Source: Candidatus Bathyarchaeota archaeon (lineage in GTDB: Archaea; Thermoproteota; Bathyarchaeia; Bathyarchaeales; Bathycorpusculaceae). From it: a stretch of DNA of 61,183 nt. The stretch is taken from positions 1 through 61,183 of the forward strand of contig CAWHXY010000002.1 in assembly GCA_963833575.1 (NCBI GenBank), written 5' to 3'. The position numbers and the translations under genes are program-made. Shown piece after piece: positions 29,255-39,314 of this stretch (positions are counted from its first letter, which is position 1; every line of letters starts with the position of its first letter). Under the pieces are notes generated by a model, which worked only from the letters and a program-made list of their open reading frames with translations, was not told the origin of the DNA and searched no databases.

Positions 29255-30755
29255 TGAACCTATAGAGAGACGAGTTTCTTATTTAGGTGATAGATTAAAA
29301 GCAAGTCGATGTCAAAGCTGCGGCAAAGAATACTTTGAAGTAAGAGATTACTGCACACACTGCGGCCGAAAAAGTTTCGGAAAAATGGATAGCATTGATC
29401 TATTTTATGATAAAGGTAAACTTGAATTATGCACCTTCATAAATGAACCCACAAACAAATTCACAAAACTTTCAAGTTTCGTGTTTGGGATTGTTTCTTT
29501 TCATGATGGGAAAGTCCGTGTTCCTGCAAGATTAACTGATCAATTGATATGTGATGGCAAAGATGTTGATCTTTCAAGCCTTGAAGGAAGAGAAGTAGTT
29601 CCTCGTTTTAGAAGGCGCTACTCAGTGGGAAAAAGCGAAATGATTCCTACAATTTCTTTAGCTTTCACTTTAGCTGACGAGTATTACCCACATCAAGACT
29701 ACAATATAGTTATGCCAAACAAAGAATACGAGATACCTGGAGTGGTTGGCTATGGCGTTTATACTTCAAAGTTCCGAATAAAAGACAGCAAATTGGAACG
29801 TGCAGTTCCATTTATTGACGAAGATGCAGTAACAGCAGCGGTTGAAGCTGGAAAATTATCCTTAATTCATTCAGGCGTTGACAGCAAGTTGGTTGGGAAG
29901 GTCTATGTTGGTTCTGAATCTAACCCATATGCAGTTAAGCCTATCTCGTCAAAGGTTGCTCAAGTTCTGAAGCTTGGAGAAGAAGACGGCGACATTCAAG
30001 GCGTGGATGCAGTAGACACTGAGTTTGCTTGTAAAGCAGCTGCAAGCATGTTTAAAGATGCTTCAGCTCTTGTTAGTTATCCTCGATCAGGCATAAAATA
30101 TGCAATGGTTATTGGAGCAGATAACTCGCAAGCTGCTCCCAGAGGTTGCCCCGGTGGTGAACTAGACACTTTTGTTGGTTATGGCGGCGCGGCCTACATC
30201 TTTGGCAAACATGACGTTATCGCTGAAGTTGAAAGTTGGTATTCATGCACGTCTGATACGACAGATTTTTGGCGCAGAGACGGTGAACCTTTCCCTATGC
30301 ATGGGGGCCGATTCACCGGTGATCCGGCTTATTTCAAACATGTTCGCAAGTCAACTAGTAAAATCATGGAACACCTAAATCTCAAACCAAGTGACTTAAA
30401 CTATTTTGTAGCACATCAGCCTAACCCAACCTTCCCAGTGAAAATTGCAAAAGAACTCGGATTTAAAGAAGAGCAATACTTGCAATCAATGCAAATTAAC
30501 AAAATCGGCAACACCTATTCAGGGTGCTCGCTTACAGGCTTAGCCGCAGTATTAGACATTGCAAAACCTGAAGAACGCATCTTAGTTGCCAGTTACGGTT
30601 CAGGAGCCGGAAGCGACGCATATTTACTTAGAACCACAAGCCAACTCCTTGATAAACGGAAGCGGCAAAAAATAACAGTTAAATTCCAAACTGAAAATCC
30701 GTTCATAGAATACGTGGATTATACTACTTATCGTCGACTTAAACTAGGCATGTGA
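29247..30755 (+). CDS. DUF35 (Zn ribbon + OB) fused to hydroxymethylglutaryl-CoA synthase
   Basis: N-terminal CQSCG...CTHCG plus OB strands; HMGCS motifs GSESNPYAVKP, EFACKA, HQPN, GNTYSG, SYGSGAGSD. Confidence 0.9.
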   Translation: MSSEPIERRVSYLGDRLKASRCQSCGKEYFEVRDYCTHCGRKSFGKMDSIDLFYDKGKLELCTFINEPTNKFTKLSSFVFGIVSFHDGKVRVPARLTDQLICDGKDVDLSSLEGREVVPRFRRRYSVGKSEMIPTISLAFTLADEYYPHQDYNIVMPNKEYEIPGVVGYGVYTSKFRIKDSKLERAVPFIDEDAVTAAVEAGKLSLIHSGVDSKLVGKVYVGSESNPYAVKPISSKVAQVLKLGEEDGDIQGVDAVDTEFACKAAASMFKDASALVSYPRSGIKYAMVIGADNSQAAPRGCPGGELDTFVGYGGAAYIFGKHDVIAEVESWYSCTSDTTDFWRRDGEPFPMHGGRFTGDPAYFKHVRKSTSKIMEHLNLKPSDLNYFVAHQPNPTFPVKIAKELGFKEEQYLQSMQINKIGNTYSGCSLTGLAAVLDIAKPEERILVASYGSGAGSDAYLLRTTSQLLDKRKRQKITVKFQTENPFIEYVDYTTYRRLKLGM

Positions 30756-30809
30756 CAAATACTTTAATAAATAACCCCGAATTCTCAGATAGCCACGGAA
30801 GTCAAAAGA

Positions 30810-32090
30810 TTGATTCTAGAGGATATTGCAAAAGTAGTTTATGCACCAGTCAAAGTATTCAAACAGATAATTGAGAATCCAAAATATCTTGGTGCACTCA
30901 TTATTTTGCTCCTTTTCATAGGCTTGCAAGTGGGATATGAATACGCTCAGTTCTCAAAAACTTACACAGAAAACACCTCACCAACAGTTGACCAGTTATC
31001 AAATTATACAAATGCAACTTTGTGGAGAGCGGGGACTGGCGTAAACTTAACCAACAATTACGCTGACAATTTCAATTACAGTGTATATGTAGCAGCTCTT
31101 GGAACTGCTCCCACTGAAACGACGGGATACTACAGTTTATTCGGAAATAGCAGCCTAGAAATTGATGCCAATAACACAAATACTATATCAGCTGCTTTAG
31201 GAGACGCTTTTAATATAAGTTGCGGTTCAAACGGATTTGAAAATTTCTCAGTTACTTTAAAAATGGTGCAGCCTCAAGCGGCTCCTCAGAGCGCAGCTTT
31301 GACTCTCTATTCCGTTAATGATTCAAACTATTACACATATGATTTAACTTCACTCTTATCAAACACTTCAGTTCTTGGCCAGTGGCAAAACTTGACTTTA
31401 CCAGTTGGGCCGTCTGCTCAAGGTTGGACCATTGGAGGTGCACCTTCTTGGGGTAATGTGACCTCTTTAAAGTTAGACTTCACTTATCCGTCTAACTCAA
31501 ATATAACTGTCCGCATTGGCGCCCTATTCTTCCGCGGGGAATATCAAACGCCCGTTCAATACAACAACACAGGTCTTTTACTCCAGTTTCTCCAGGTGTT
31601 CTCTCTTCAGTTTATCTTCACTTGGTTCCTACTAACTGGGCTATTCTACTTATTCTTCAAAGGGCTAAAAGCAAACGTAACATGGAAACCTCTCTTTATT
31701 GCTTTAGCGTTTGCTCTATTCGTAATGGTAATTCGCGCAGTAGTAAATCTGGTTGCAGCACTTGCTTCACCGGTTGCCTATTATCCCTTTGACCTATCGC
31801 TTGGCGTACGTTTTGATGCTTATGGCACAGTATTTTATCCTCCAGAAGCAATTGGCACTTTAACAATGCAATCTCAAGCTGCTTTCCATAGTATCGATGC
31901 AATAACTTCATCACTCAGGTTTGTTACTTCGGGGATGTTTGTAGTTTCGTACGTTTGGTTAGGCGCCTTAGGCACTATCGTTATAGGCACATTGAAACCA
32001 GAGTTTTCACTCATAAAGAGAATAGTGATTTCCGCTGTCAGCATAGCCGCCACAGTTTTGCTCTTACTTCTGCTAGTTGGCGTTGTCTAA
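30810..32090 (+). CDS. Yip1-like membrane protein with a large extracellular insertion
   Basis: VVYAPVKVFKQI..NPK Yip1-like start; about 200-aa beta-rich, NxT/S-rich insert; C-terminal TM helices. Confidence 0.6.
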   Translation: MILEDIAKVVYAPVKVFKQIIENPKYLGALIILLLFIGLQVGYEYAQFSKTYTENTSPTVDQLSNYTNATLWRAGTGVNLTNNYADNFNYSVYVAALGTAPTETTGYYSLFGNSSLEIDANNTNTISAALGDAFNISCGSNGFENFSVTLKMVQPQAAPQSAALTLYSVNDSNYYTYDLTSLLSNTSVLGQWQNLTLPVGPSAQGWTIGGAPSWGNVTSLKLDFTYPSNSNITVRIGALFFRGEYQTPVQYNNTGLLLQFLQVFSLQFIFTWFLLTGLFYLFFKGLKANVTWKPLFIALAFALFVMVIRAVVNLVAALASPVAYYPFDLSLGVRFDAYGTVFYPPEAIGTLTMQSQAAFHSIDAITSSLRFVTSGMFVVSYVWLGALGTIVIGTLKPEFSLIKRIVISAVSIAATVLLLLLLVGVV

Positions 32091-32245
32091 AACAAGCCCT
32101 TAGCCCTTTTTTCCTTGCGTTTATTTCTTTTAAGTCATATTAAATGAAGTCAAGGTTCTGGTGCTTCTCAGGGCATATGATTGAATGGTTTGTTCGGGTG
32201 GATAAATTATTTTTGTATTGAGCTGATTGAGTCTTAGCTATTCTG

Positions 32246-32440
32246 AACAGAGAGAAAGTCATGAGGTGTCTAAAGAAGGATGATACAACTGTTTTGAAAG
32301 GTTATCCAATTTATCAGAATTGGATACGCCCTCATGAAGCCTAAGTTGGAAAAACTCCAAGTGAAGCATGTGGAATAACGATAGAAGGAAAAAATAAGTG
32401 GAAAACTTAAAACTCTAATTCAAAATGCAAGCACAAGAAT
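32246..32440 (+). pseudogene. C-terminal remnant of a DDE transposase (IS6/rve-like)
   Basis: REKVMRCLKKDDTTVLKGYPIYQNWIRPHEA*VGKTPSEACGITIEGKNKWKT, then a frameshift to LIQNAS; the YN-RPH-L-GKTP pattern is a DDE C-terminal signature. Confidence 0.7.
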
Positions 32441-32521
32441 AGAGTAAACCGCAAATTATAAGATGGTTTAGATGCAATAGAGCCTTATAGTTATGGTTAA
32501 AATGCGTAAAAAACCGCGTTA

Positions 32522-32989
32522 ATGCTTCAAGTTGCTATGGTAGGCTCTAACAAAATTCAGATTGGTGGAATATTTCAGTCAAAGCTTGGAGTAATTGATA
32601 TTGCTCCGCAATCCGATGGGACGGCAGTTATGAACTTCAATCTGAACGATACTGAATTAGAATCTGAGCATATTCCAACTCTTTTCAAGTATCCATGTTT
32701 AACAAATGCCTCTAATTTAGGTAAAATGAATAGTTTGTTCTACCCTTCTAGCAGCCCTCTTACTATCCCAACTTTGGAATTTGGGTTAGGCATTTTCTTT
32801 TTGGCTATAGGTACTATAATATCGTATTTTGCTTGGGACACGTACAGTTATTATAGAGCAAAAGAAAGGGAAGAGAGAGACGAAAAAGAACGAAAGCAAA
32901 AAGAGAGAGAAAGAAACCAACTCGGAAATCTTCAACGCCATGGACATGGTAATTCTTATTATAAAAAACGACGCTTAAAATCAGCGTAG
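32522..32989 (+). CDS. Hypothetical membrane protein, possibly a 3' fragment
   Basis: One TM followed by a charged tail; lies next to the transposase remnant. Confidence 0.4.
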   Translation: MLQVAMVGSNKIQIGGIFQSKLGVIDIAPQSDGTAVMNFNLNDTELESEHIPTLFKYPCLTNASNLGKMNSLFYPSSSPLTIPTLEFGLGIFFLAIGTIISYFAWDTYSYYRAKEREERDEKERKQKERERNQLGNLQRHGHGNSYYKKRRLKSA

Positions 32990-33124
32990 CAACTGTGACC
33001 CGACGTTCACCATGTCAAATAACCACCCGAAGAAGCACCAGAACCAAAGTTAGCAAGATTTATATGATTGAAGGGCACTTTTGCAAGTGAAAACCCTGAG
33101 GGGAATTCAATTCAGGTGACATAT

Positions 33125-33418
33125 GTGACGGCAATTAAAGATTTACAGAATGGAATGAAACGAGTTAGTGTTGAAGCGAAAGTTGTCGAGAAAGGCGACC
33201 CTCGAGAAGTCAAATCACGTTTTAAGGATGAAACCTATCGAATTGTTGACGCTGTTGTTGCAGACGAGACAGGTAGCATAAAACTGACTCTATGGAATGA
33301 ACAGATTGACCAAGTTAATGTAGGCGACAATGTAAAAATCGACAATGGATACATCACTAGTTTTAAAAATGAACTTCAACTTAACGTAGGAAAATTTGGC
33401 AAATTAGTTGTCGGATAA
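33125..33418 (+). CDS. ssb: Single OB-fold ssDNA-binding protein (SSB/RPA)
   Basis: IKDLQNG...VEAKVVEKG, VADETGSIKLTLWN, LQLNVGKFG; GTG 33125 follows an AGGTGA SD. Confidence 0.88.
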   Translation: MTAIKDLQNGMKRVSVEAKVVEKGDPREVKSRFKDETYRIVDAVVADETGSIKLTLWNEQIDQVNVGDNVKIDNGYITSFKNELQLNVGKFGKLVVG

Positions 33419-33659
33419 AGTGAATATTAAACTCTTTATCTTCAGACAAGCGAATACTTTGTCCTCTTATTGATTTCTCAATTTCTTGGTGTTTCTTGTC
33501 ATAACTTTAACTGCTACCATCACAATCAAAACATTCCACAATTTAGCTGTTATTTGTGATCATATTTTCCGTTATGACAAAGAAAGACGCACATTACTGA
33601 TTTGATATCGCTTAAAAGTAAGGAAATCGTTTTTATTTTGGACCTGATTTGTTTGTTTT

Positions 33660-34298
33660 ATGATTTTAAAGAGAGAATTAGCATTCTTTACAGCTATCAT
33701 TATTTTTGGGTTATCTGTCTCTCTTTTTGCTTTCACTATGGGAAATAGTAATTTGTTGAACTTAACAATACGTTTGTTTGCGCTTAACGGGTATATTGCC
33801 TTAAGCATCGCAGCCATAATGACGCCTTTCTTGAAGGAAATCACTCTTTTTTTCAAAAAATCCTTCGTTAAAGTGCACCATTACTTTGCCGCGGCAGGTT
33901 TACTTCTAATAACTTTGCTTCCAATCGCTGTCTTTATTCAAACCTCAGACCTAGCGGTGTTTCTTCCGAATTTTGAGTCAATTTACTTTTTCTTTTTTTT
34001 CGGCGGAACCATAGCTCTGGTTCTAATCTATGTGGCTTTTGGAGCGGTACTTCTCAGAAGAAGAATTGTTGCTTATTGGCGCCCGTTTCATATGCTTATG
34101 TATTTGGCACTCTTCATCGGAGTAGTTCATGCTAATTTGCGGGGCACTGATTTCCAAAACATCTATCTCGCAATAATATTTGACGCACTCTTTGCTGCTG
34201 CATTGTCAGCATTTGTTTTGAAACGTTGGCAATTTTATAGAATAAAAATGCGGGCTAAAAAAATCAAGTTAGCAAATCATCTCAATAGTAAAGCCTGA
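33660..34298 (+). CDS. Ferric-reductase-like (MsrQ-type) transmembrane protein
   Basis: Six TM helices; VHHYF, WRPFHMLMY and VVHA heme-His pattern. Confidence 0.7.
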   Translation: MILKRELAFFTAIIIFGLSVSLFAFTMGNSNLLNLTIRLFALNGYIALSIAAIMTPFLKEITLFFKKSFVKVHHYFAAAGLLLITLLPIAVFIQTSDLAVFLPNFESIYFFFFFGGTIALVLIYVAFGAVLLRRRIVAYWRPFHMLMYLALFIGVVHANLRGTDFQNIYLAIIFDALFAAALSAFVLKRWQFYRIKMRAKKIKLANHLNSKA

Positions 34299-34375
34299 AT
34301 TTTTAGACTTTTTGGAGTAAACTTATTAATTCCTCCCGTGGGAAGTAGTTTTTAATCAGTTTGTGGAAAAGAACA

Positions 34376-36319
34376 ATGCAGTTTGAACTTATTGCGCCAT
34401 ACAAAGCTTCGCCGGGGCAGGAAGTAGCCGTAGAAAAGTTAGTGAAAAACTTCCCTAAAAAACAGAAACAAACCCTTCTGGGAATTACTGGAAGTGGCAA
34501 GACCTTTGTTATGGCTAATTTGATCAATAAGCTTCAGAAGCCCACACTTATTCTTGCGCATAACAAGATTTTGGCTGCTCAGCTTTACGGTGAATTAAAA
34601 GAGCTTTTTCCTCATAACCGAGTCGAGTATTTTATTTCTTTTTATGATTATTATCAACCTGAATCTTATCTGCCAGCACAGGATATGTACATTGAAAAGG
34701 ATTCTTCTGTAAATGAGCAGATAGAAAAAATGCGCATGCATGCCGTATCTAGCGTTGTAAGCCGAAACGACACCATTATAGTTGCTAGCATAAGCTGCAT
34801 TTACAGTCTTGGAAACCCCAACGATTTCAGAGCCATGGCGCTCGAATTAGAGGTTGGAAAGCAAAGCACAAGACAACAACTCATCCATGCTTTGGTGGAC
34901 ATGCAGTATGAGCGCAACGACATGGTTCTTGAACCAGGCCGGTTCAGAGTACGGGGCGATGTGTTGGATGTTGTGCCCTCCTATGAGAATGATATTATAC
35001 GGATTGAGCTTGCAGGTAACGAAATTAGTAAAATCAAAGAAGTGCACGTTTTGTCGGGTGACGTTAAGGGAACAATTGATAAGATTACGCTCTACCCTGC
35101 ACGGCAATACGTGGTACCTGAGGAGAAGCATGCACTTGCACTCGAGCACATTAAGCAAGAGTTAGATGCAACACTGCCTAATCTTCCTCCGCTTGAGGCT
35201 CAACGGCTTAAACAACGAACAAACTATGATTTAGAAATGATACGCGAAGTCGGCTTCTGCGCTGGAATGGAAAATTACAGCAGACACTTTGACGGACGAA
35301 GACCTGGCGAACCCCCTTTCACTTTGATAGATTACTTTCCCAAGGATTATCTCCTAATTATTGATGAGAGTCACCAAACGATTCCTCAATCAAGAGCTAT
35401 GTACAACGGTGACTATTCAAGAAAAAAGAACCTTGTGGATTTCGGCTTTAGGCTTCCCAGCGCGCTTGACAACCGGCCATTGAAGTTTGAAGAGTTTGAG
35501 CAGAAAATGGGCAAAGTCCTTTTTGCTTCTGCAACTCCAGCCGAATATGAACTTCAAAAGAGTGGTCCACCTGTTGAATTAATCACGAGACCCACTGGTC
35601 TTTTGGATCCTGAAGTTGAAATTCATCCAATAGCTGGGCAGATGCAGCATTTAATGGCTGAGGCGAAGAAAACTATTGAACGTGGCGACCGTGTTCTTAT
35701 CACAACTTTGACCAAGCGGATGGCTGAAGACTTGGCGGATTACCTTGTTAAGGCAGGCTTTCGCGTCAGATACTTGCATTCGGAAATTGAAAGTTTAGAC
35801 CGGATTGAACTTGTGCGGCAGTTGCGGGTGGGTGAATTTGACATTTTGGTGGGAATTAATTTGTTGCGTGAAGGCTTAGATATTCCTGAAGTTGCCACTA
35901 TCTTTATTTTGGATGCTGACAAGGAAGGTTTTCTGCGAGATGAGCGAAGCCTCATCCAAACTATCGGTCGTGCGGCAAGAAACGTCAACGGTCGAGTAAT
36001 ACTTTATGCTGACGTTGAAACTTCTTCAATTAAGCGGGCTATGGAAATAACTCGGTATCGGCGCTCATTCCAGAAACGATTCAACGAAATTCATCGTATC
36101 GTACCTTCTACGATTGTAAAAGGTGTTTCTTTGAAAGAGGGCAAGATAAAGGGCATAAAACATCTTGTGAAAACAGACATTAAACGCCAGTTGATTGAGA
36201 TGGATGCACAGATGAGGGAAGCGGCTGAGCGATTGAACTTTGAACGGGCTATTGAGCTCCGTGATGCTATTGCTGAATTGACTAGGGCATTGGCTAATAA
36301 GATTGAAAGTGAGAGTTAG
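34376..36319 (+). CDS. uvrB: Excinuclease ABC subunit B
   Basis: LGITGSGKT, YDYYQPE, IDESH, GINLLREGLD, QTIGRAAR, C-terminal UVR motif; probable start ATG 34376. Confidence 0.98.
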   Translation: MQFELIAPYKASPGQEVAVEKLVKNFPKKQKQTLLGITGSGKTFVMANLINKLQKPTLILAHNKILAAQLYGELKELFPHNRVEYFISFYDYYQPESYLPAQDMYIEKDSSVNEQIEKMRMHAVSSVVSRNDTIIVASISCIYSLGNPNDFRAMALELEVGKQSTRQQLIHALVDMQYERNDMVLEPGRFRVRGDVLDVVPSYENDIIRIELAGNEISKIKEVHVLSGDVKGTIDKITLYPARQYVVPEEKHALALEHIKQELDATLPNLPPLEAQRLKQRTNYDLEMIREVGFCAGMENYSRHFDGRRPGEPPFTLIDYFPKDYLLIIDESHQTIPQSRAMYNGDYSRKKNLVDFGFRLPSALDNRPLKFEEFEQKMGKVLFASATPAEYELQKSGPPVELITRPTGLLDPEVEIHPIAGQMQHLMAEAKKTIERGDRVLITTLTKRMAEDLADYLVKAGFRVRYLHSEIESLDRIELVRQLRVGEFDILVGINLLREGLDIPEVATIFILDADKEGFLRDERSLIQTIGRAARNVNGRVILYADVETSSIKRAMEITRYRRSFQKRFNEIHRIVPSTIVKGVSLKEGKIKGIKHLVKTDIKRQLIEMDAQMREAAERLNFERAIELRDAIAELTRALANKIESES

Positions 36320-36413
36320 ACCCAGAAATTGAGGGTTTTGAAGCAAAAAGGTTGAAAAGCCTCAAGCTCAAAGAGGATAATTTACGTTAGCGAGAAGGAA
36401 ACTGGATCAGATT

Positions 36414-39314
36414 ATGAGAGATAACATTTCAATTAAAGGCGCACGGGAACACAACCTTAAAAACATTGATGTTGAGTTGCCCAGAAACAAATTCATAGTA
36501 ATTACAGGGCTCTCAGGCTCAGGAAAATCAACCCTAGCCTTTGACACAATATATGCGGAAGGGCAAAGAAGATATGTTGAAAGCCTCTCCGCCTATGCCC
36601 GACAATTTCTTGGTCTCATGGATAAGCCCGATGTTGACTCAATTGACGGGTTATCCCCAGCAATCTCTATCGAACAGAAAAGCACCAGCAAAAATCCCCG
36701 CTCAACAGTCGGAACAGTCACCGAAATATATGACTACCTGCGATTACTTTTTGCCCGGATTGGCGTTCATCATTGCCCAAAATGTGGCAGTTCAATTCAT
36801 CCGCGAAGTCCTGAAAACATCACTAGCTTAATCATGGCTGATAAAGAAAAAACACTGACTTTTCTTGCGCCGATCATTCGAGGAATAAAAGGTACACATG
36901 AACAAGTTTTTGATGATCTCAAAAAACAGGGCTACACAAAAATCCGTGTTGACCAAAAAATTTATGATTCAGATTCGATCAAAGAAGAAGTAAAACTTGT
37001 GCGGTATGAGAAGCATTGGATCGAAGCTGTCATCGATACAGTGCAAATTATTGATGAGGAACGTTTACGTATTTCTGAAGCTGTTGAACAGGCTCTTCAA
37101 GTAGGTAAGGGAACCATGATAGTTATCGATACCCAAAAGCCTGAGGCGGAAAAGAAGAAAGAGCTTGAACGGTTCGAAGATGAAACAATGTTTAGCACTT
37201 TTGGAGCTTGCCCTAACCATCCAGAAATAGTGTTTGAAAGCCTTGAGCCCCGCATGTTCTCTTTTAACTCTCCTTTTGGTGCTTGCCCAACTTGTCACGG
37301 TTTGGGTGAAATAACAGAAATCTCAGAAGACAAAGTCATTCCGGATAAGAACCTCTCAATTATGGATGGTGCTTTAGCCGTTTATGGCAGTATGGATCTT
37401 AGTTGGCGAGCACAGCAACTTGCAATGGTTGGCAAAAAACATGGATTTGACATTTTCACTCCAATTAAGGATTTTACTCAACAGCAGATCCATGTTTTGC
37501 TCTATGGTGACAAAGAACCCGTTAATGGTCAATGGTCAAATGGAGCAACTATGTGGATGCGAGATGGCTGGGAAGGCGTAATCCCTCAGACAATGCGACT
37601 TTACCGTCAAACGGAAAGTCAATGGCGAAAAGAAGACATCGAAAACTACATGACTTCCAAGCCCTGCAACGCATGCAATGGCAAGAAGTTGCGGCCAGTA
37701 GTGCTTGCAGTAAAAATCTTGGATAAAAGCATCATTGATGCTACGGATCTTTCAATTGAAGAAGCCGTTCACTTCTTCAACAGTTTGCCTGCGCAACTTA
37801 ATGAGAAAGAATTAGCAATTGCTAAACAGGTGCTTAAGGAAGTTAACGAGCGACTTGGGTTTCTTAAAAATGTTGGTTTAGGTTACCTTTCGCTTTCTCG
37901 CGCTGCAAAAACGCTTTCTGGGGGTGAAGCTCAAAGAATCCGGTTAGCCACTCAGATTGGCAGTAACTTGATGGGTGTATTGTATATTCTTGATGAACCC
38001 AGCATTGGTTTGCACCAAAGAGATAACACTAAACTGATAAGTACACTTCATCGTCTGCGTGATTTAGGCAACACACTGATTGTTGTTGAGCATGATGAAG
38101 AAACGATTCGGAACGCTGATTACATTGTTGACATGGGACCGGGTGCGGGAGTTCACGGAGGGCACATCGTTGCAGAAGGATCGCCAGACGAAATCATGCT
38201 AAATAAGCGAAGTCTCACAGGCAAATACCTCTCGGGCGAATTAAAAATAGAAGTCCCCCCGATAAGGCGCAAACCCGTCGGCTACATCGCTGTTAAGGGC
38301 GCTGAAGAAAACAACTTAAAATGCCTCTCTCTGCAACTTCCGCTTGGAGTGTTGTGTGGAGTAACTGGTGTTTCTGGCTCTGGCAAAAGTACGCTTATGA
38401 ATTTGACTGTTATCCCTGCGTTGCGGCAAATGTTTGGTGAACAGAGTGATAAGATTGGTAAACATGAATCAATTAATGTTCCAGAAGTCGTTAGGAACGT
38501 TATAGTTATTGATCAAGACCCAATTGGTCGTACTCCACGAAGTAACCCGGCTACTTACACTAAGCTTTTTGATGAGATTAGACGTATTTTTGCTTCTACC
38601 AAAGAGGCAAAAGCCCGGGGTTACAAGGAGGGGCGGTTTAGCTTCAACGTTAGAGGCGGGAGATGTGAAACCTGTCAAGGCGACGGTGTATTGCGTATAG
38701 AAATGAATTTTCTTCCAGATGTCTATGTCCAATGTAGTGACTGCAAGGGCAAACGGTACAACAAGGAAACCCTTGGCATTCTCTTTAAGGCCAAAAACAT
38801 TGCTGAAGTCCTCGATATGACCGTTGAGGAAGCGGCAAAGTTTTTTGAGAACACTCCAAGAATCTCCCGGAAACTAAGCACTCTGTTAGATGTTGGTTTA
38901 GGGTATATTAAGCTGGGTCAAAGCTCAACTACTTTGTCAGGTGGAGAAAGCCAACGTATCAAAATTACTCGTGAGCTTAGCAAAAATAAAAAGGGACATG
39001 TTGTTTACATGCTTGATGAGCCAACGACTGGTTTGCATTTCGATGATACTAAACGGTTGATTAAAGTGTTAAATCGCCTAGTTGACAACGGCAACACCGT
39101 TTTCATCATCGAGCACAACTTAGATGTCATTAAGAGCTGCGATTATTTGGTTGATTTGGGTCCTGAAGGTGGAGCTGCTGGCGGTGAACTGCTTGCCCTG
39201 GGAACACCTGAAGAAGTCGCCGAAAATGTTGCTTCTTACACTGGTACGTTTTTGAAGAAAATACTTAATCACCAGCAAGAAGAAACAGTGTTGGCAGTGA
39301 AACAGTCTGCATGA
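36414..39314 (+). CDS. uvrA: Excinuclease ABC subunit A
   Basis: [10 protein letters not shown], two GSGKS Walker A motifs, two LSGGE motifs, Zn fingers. Confidence 0.98.
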   Translation: MRDNISIKGAREHNLKNIDVELPRNKFIVITGLSGSGKSTLAFDTIYAEGQRRYVESLSAYARQFLGLMDKPDVDSIDGLSPAISIEQKSTSKNPRSTVGTVTEIYDYLRLLFARIGVHHCPKCGSSIHPRSPENITSLIMADKEKTLTFLAPIIRGIKGTHEQVFDDLKKQGYTKIRVDQKIYDSDSIKEEVKLVRYEKHWIEAVIDTVQIIDEERLRISEAVEQALQVGKGTMIVIDTQKPEAEKKKELERFEDETMFSTFGACPNHPEIVFESLEPRMFSFNSPFGACPTCHGLGEITEISEDKVIPDKNLSIMDGALAVYGSMDLSWRAQQLAMVGKKHGFDIFTPIKDFTQQQIHVLLYGDKEPVNGQWSNGATMWMRDGWEGVIPQTMRLYRQTESQWRKEDIENYMTSKPCNACNGKKLRPVVLAVKILDKSIIDATDLSIEEAVHFFNSLPAQLNEKELAIAKQVLKEVNERLGFLKNVGLGYLSLSRAAKTLSGGEAQRIRLATQIGSNLMGVLYILDEPSIGLHQRDNTKLISTLHRLRDLGNTLIVVEHDEETIRNADYIVDMGPGAGVHGGHIVAEGSPDEIMLNKRSLTGKYLSGELKIEVPPIRRKPVGYIAVKGAEENNLKCLSLQLPLGVLCGVTGVSGSGKSTLMNLTVIPALRQMFGEQSDKIGKHESINVPEVVRNVIVIDQDPIGRTPRSNPATYTKLFDEIRRIFASTKEAKARGYKEGRFSFNVRGGRCETCQGDGVLRIEMNFLPDVYVQCSDCKGKRYNKETLGILFKAKNIAEVLDMTVEEAAKFFENTPRISRKLSTLLDVGLGYIKLGQSSTTLSGGESQRIKITRELSKNKKGHVVYMLDEPTTGLHFDDTKRLIKVLNRLVDNGNTVFIIEHNLDVIKSCDYLVDLGPEGGAAGGELLALGTPEEVAENVASYTGTFLKKILNHQQEETVLAVKQSA

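Noticed and set aside
32342-32344. In-frame stop as possible recoding
   Set aside because: It is TAA inside a fragment that also has a frameshift, which indicates ordinary decay.
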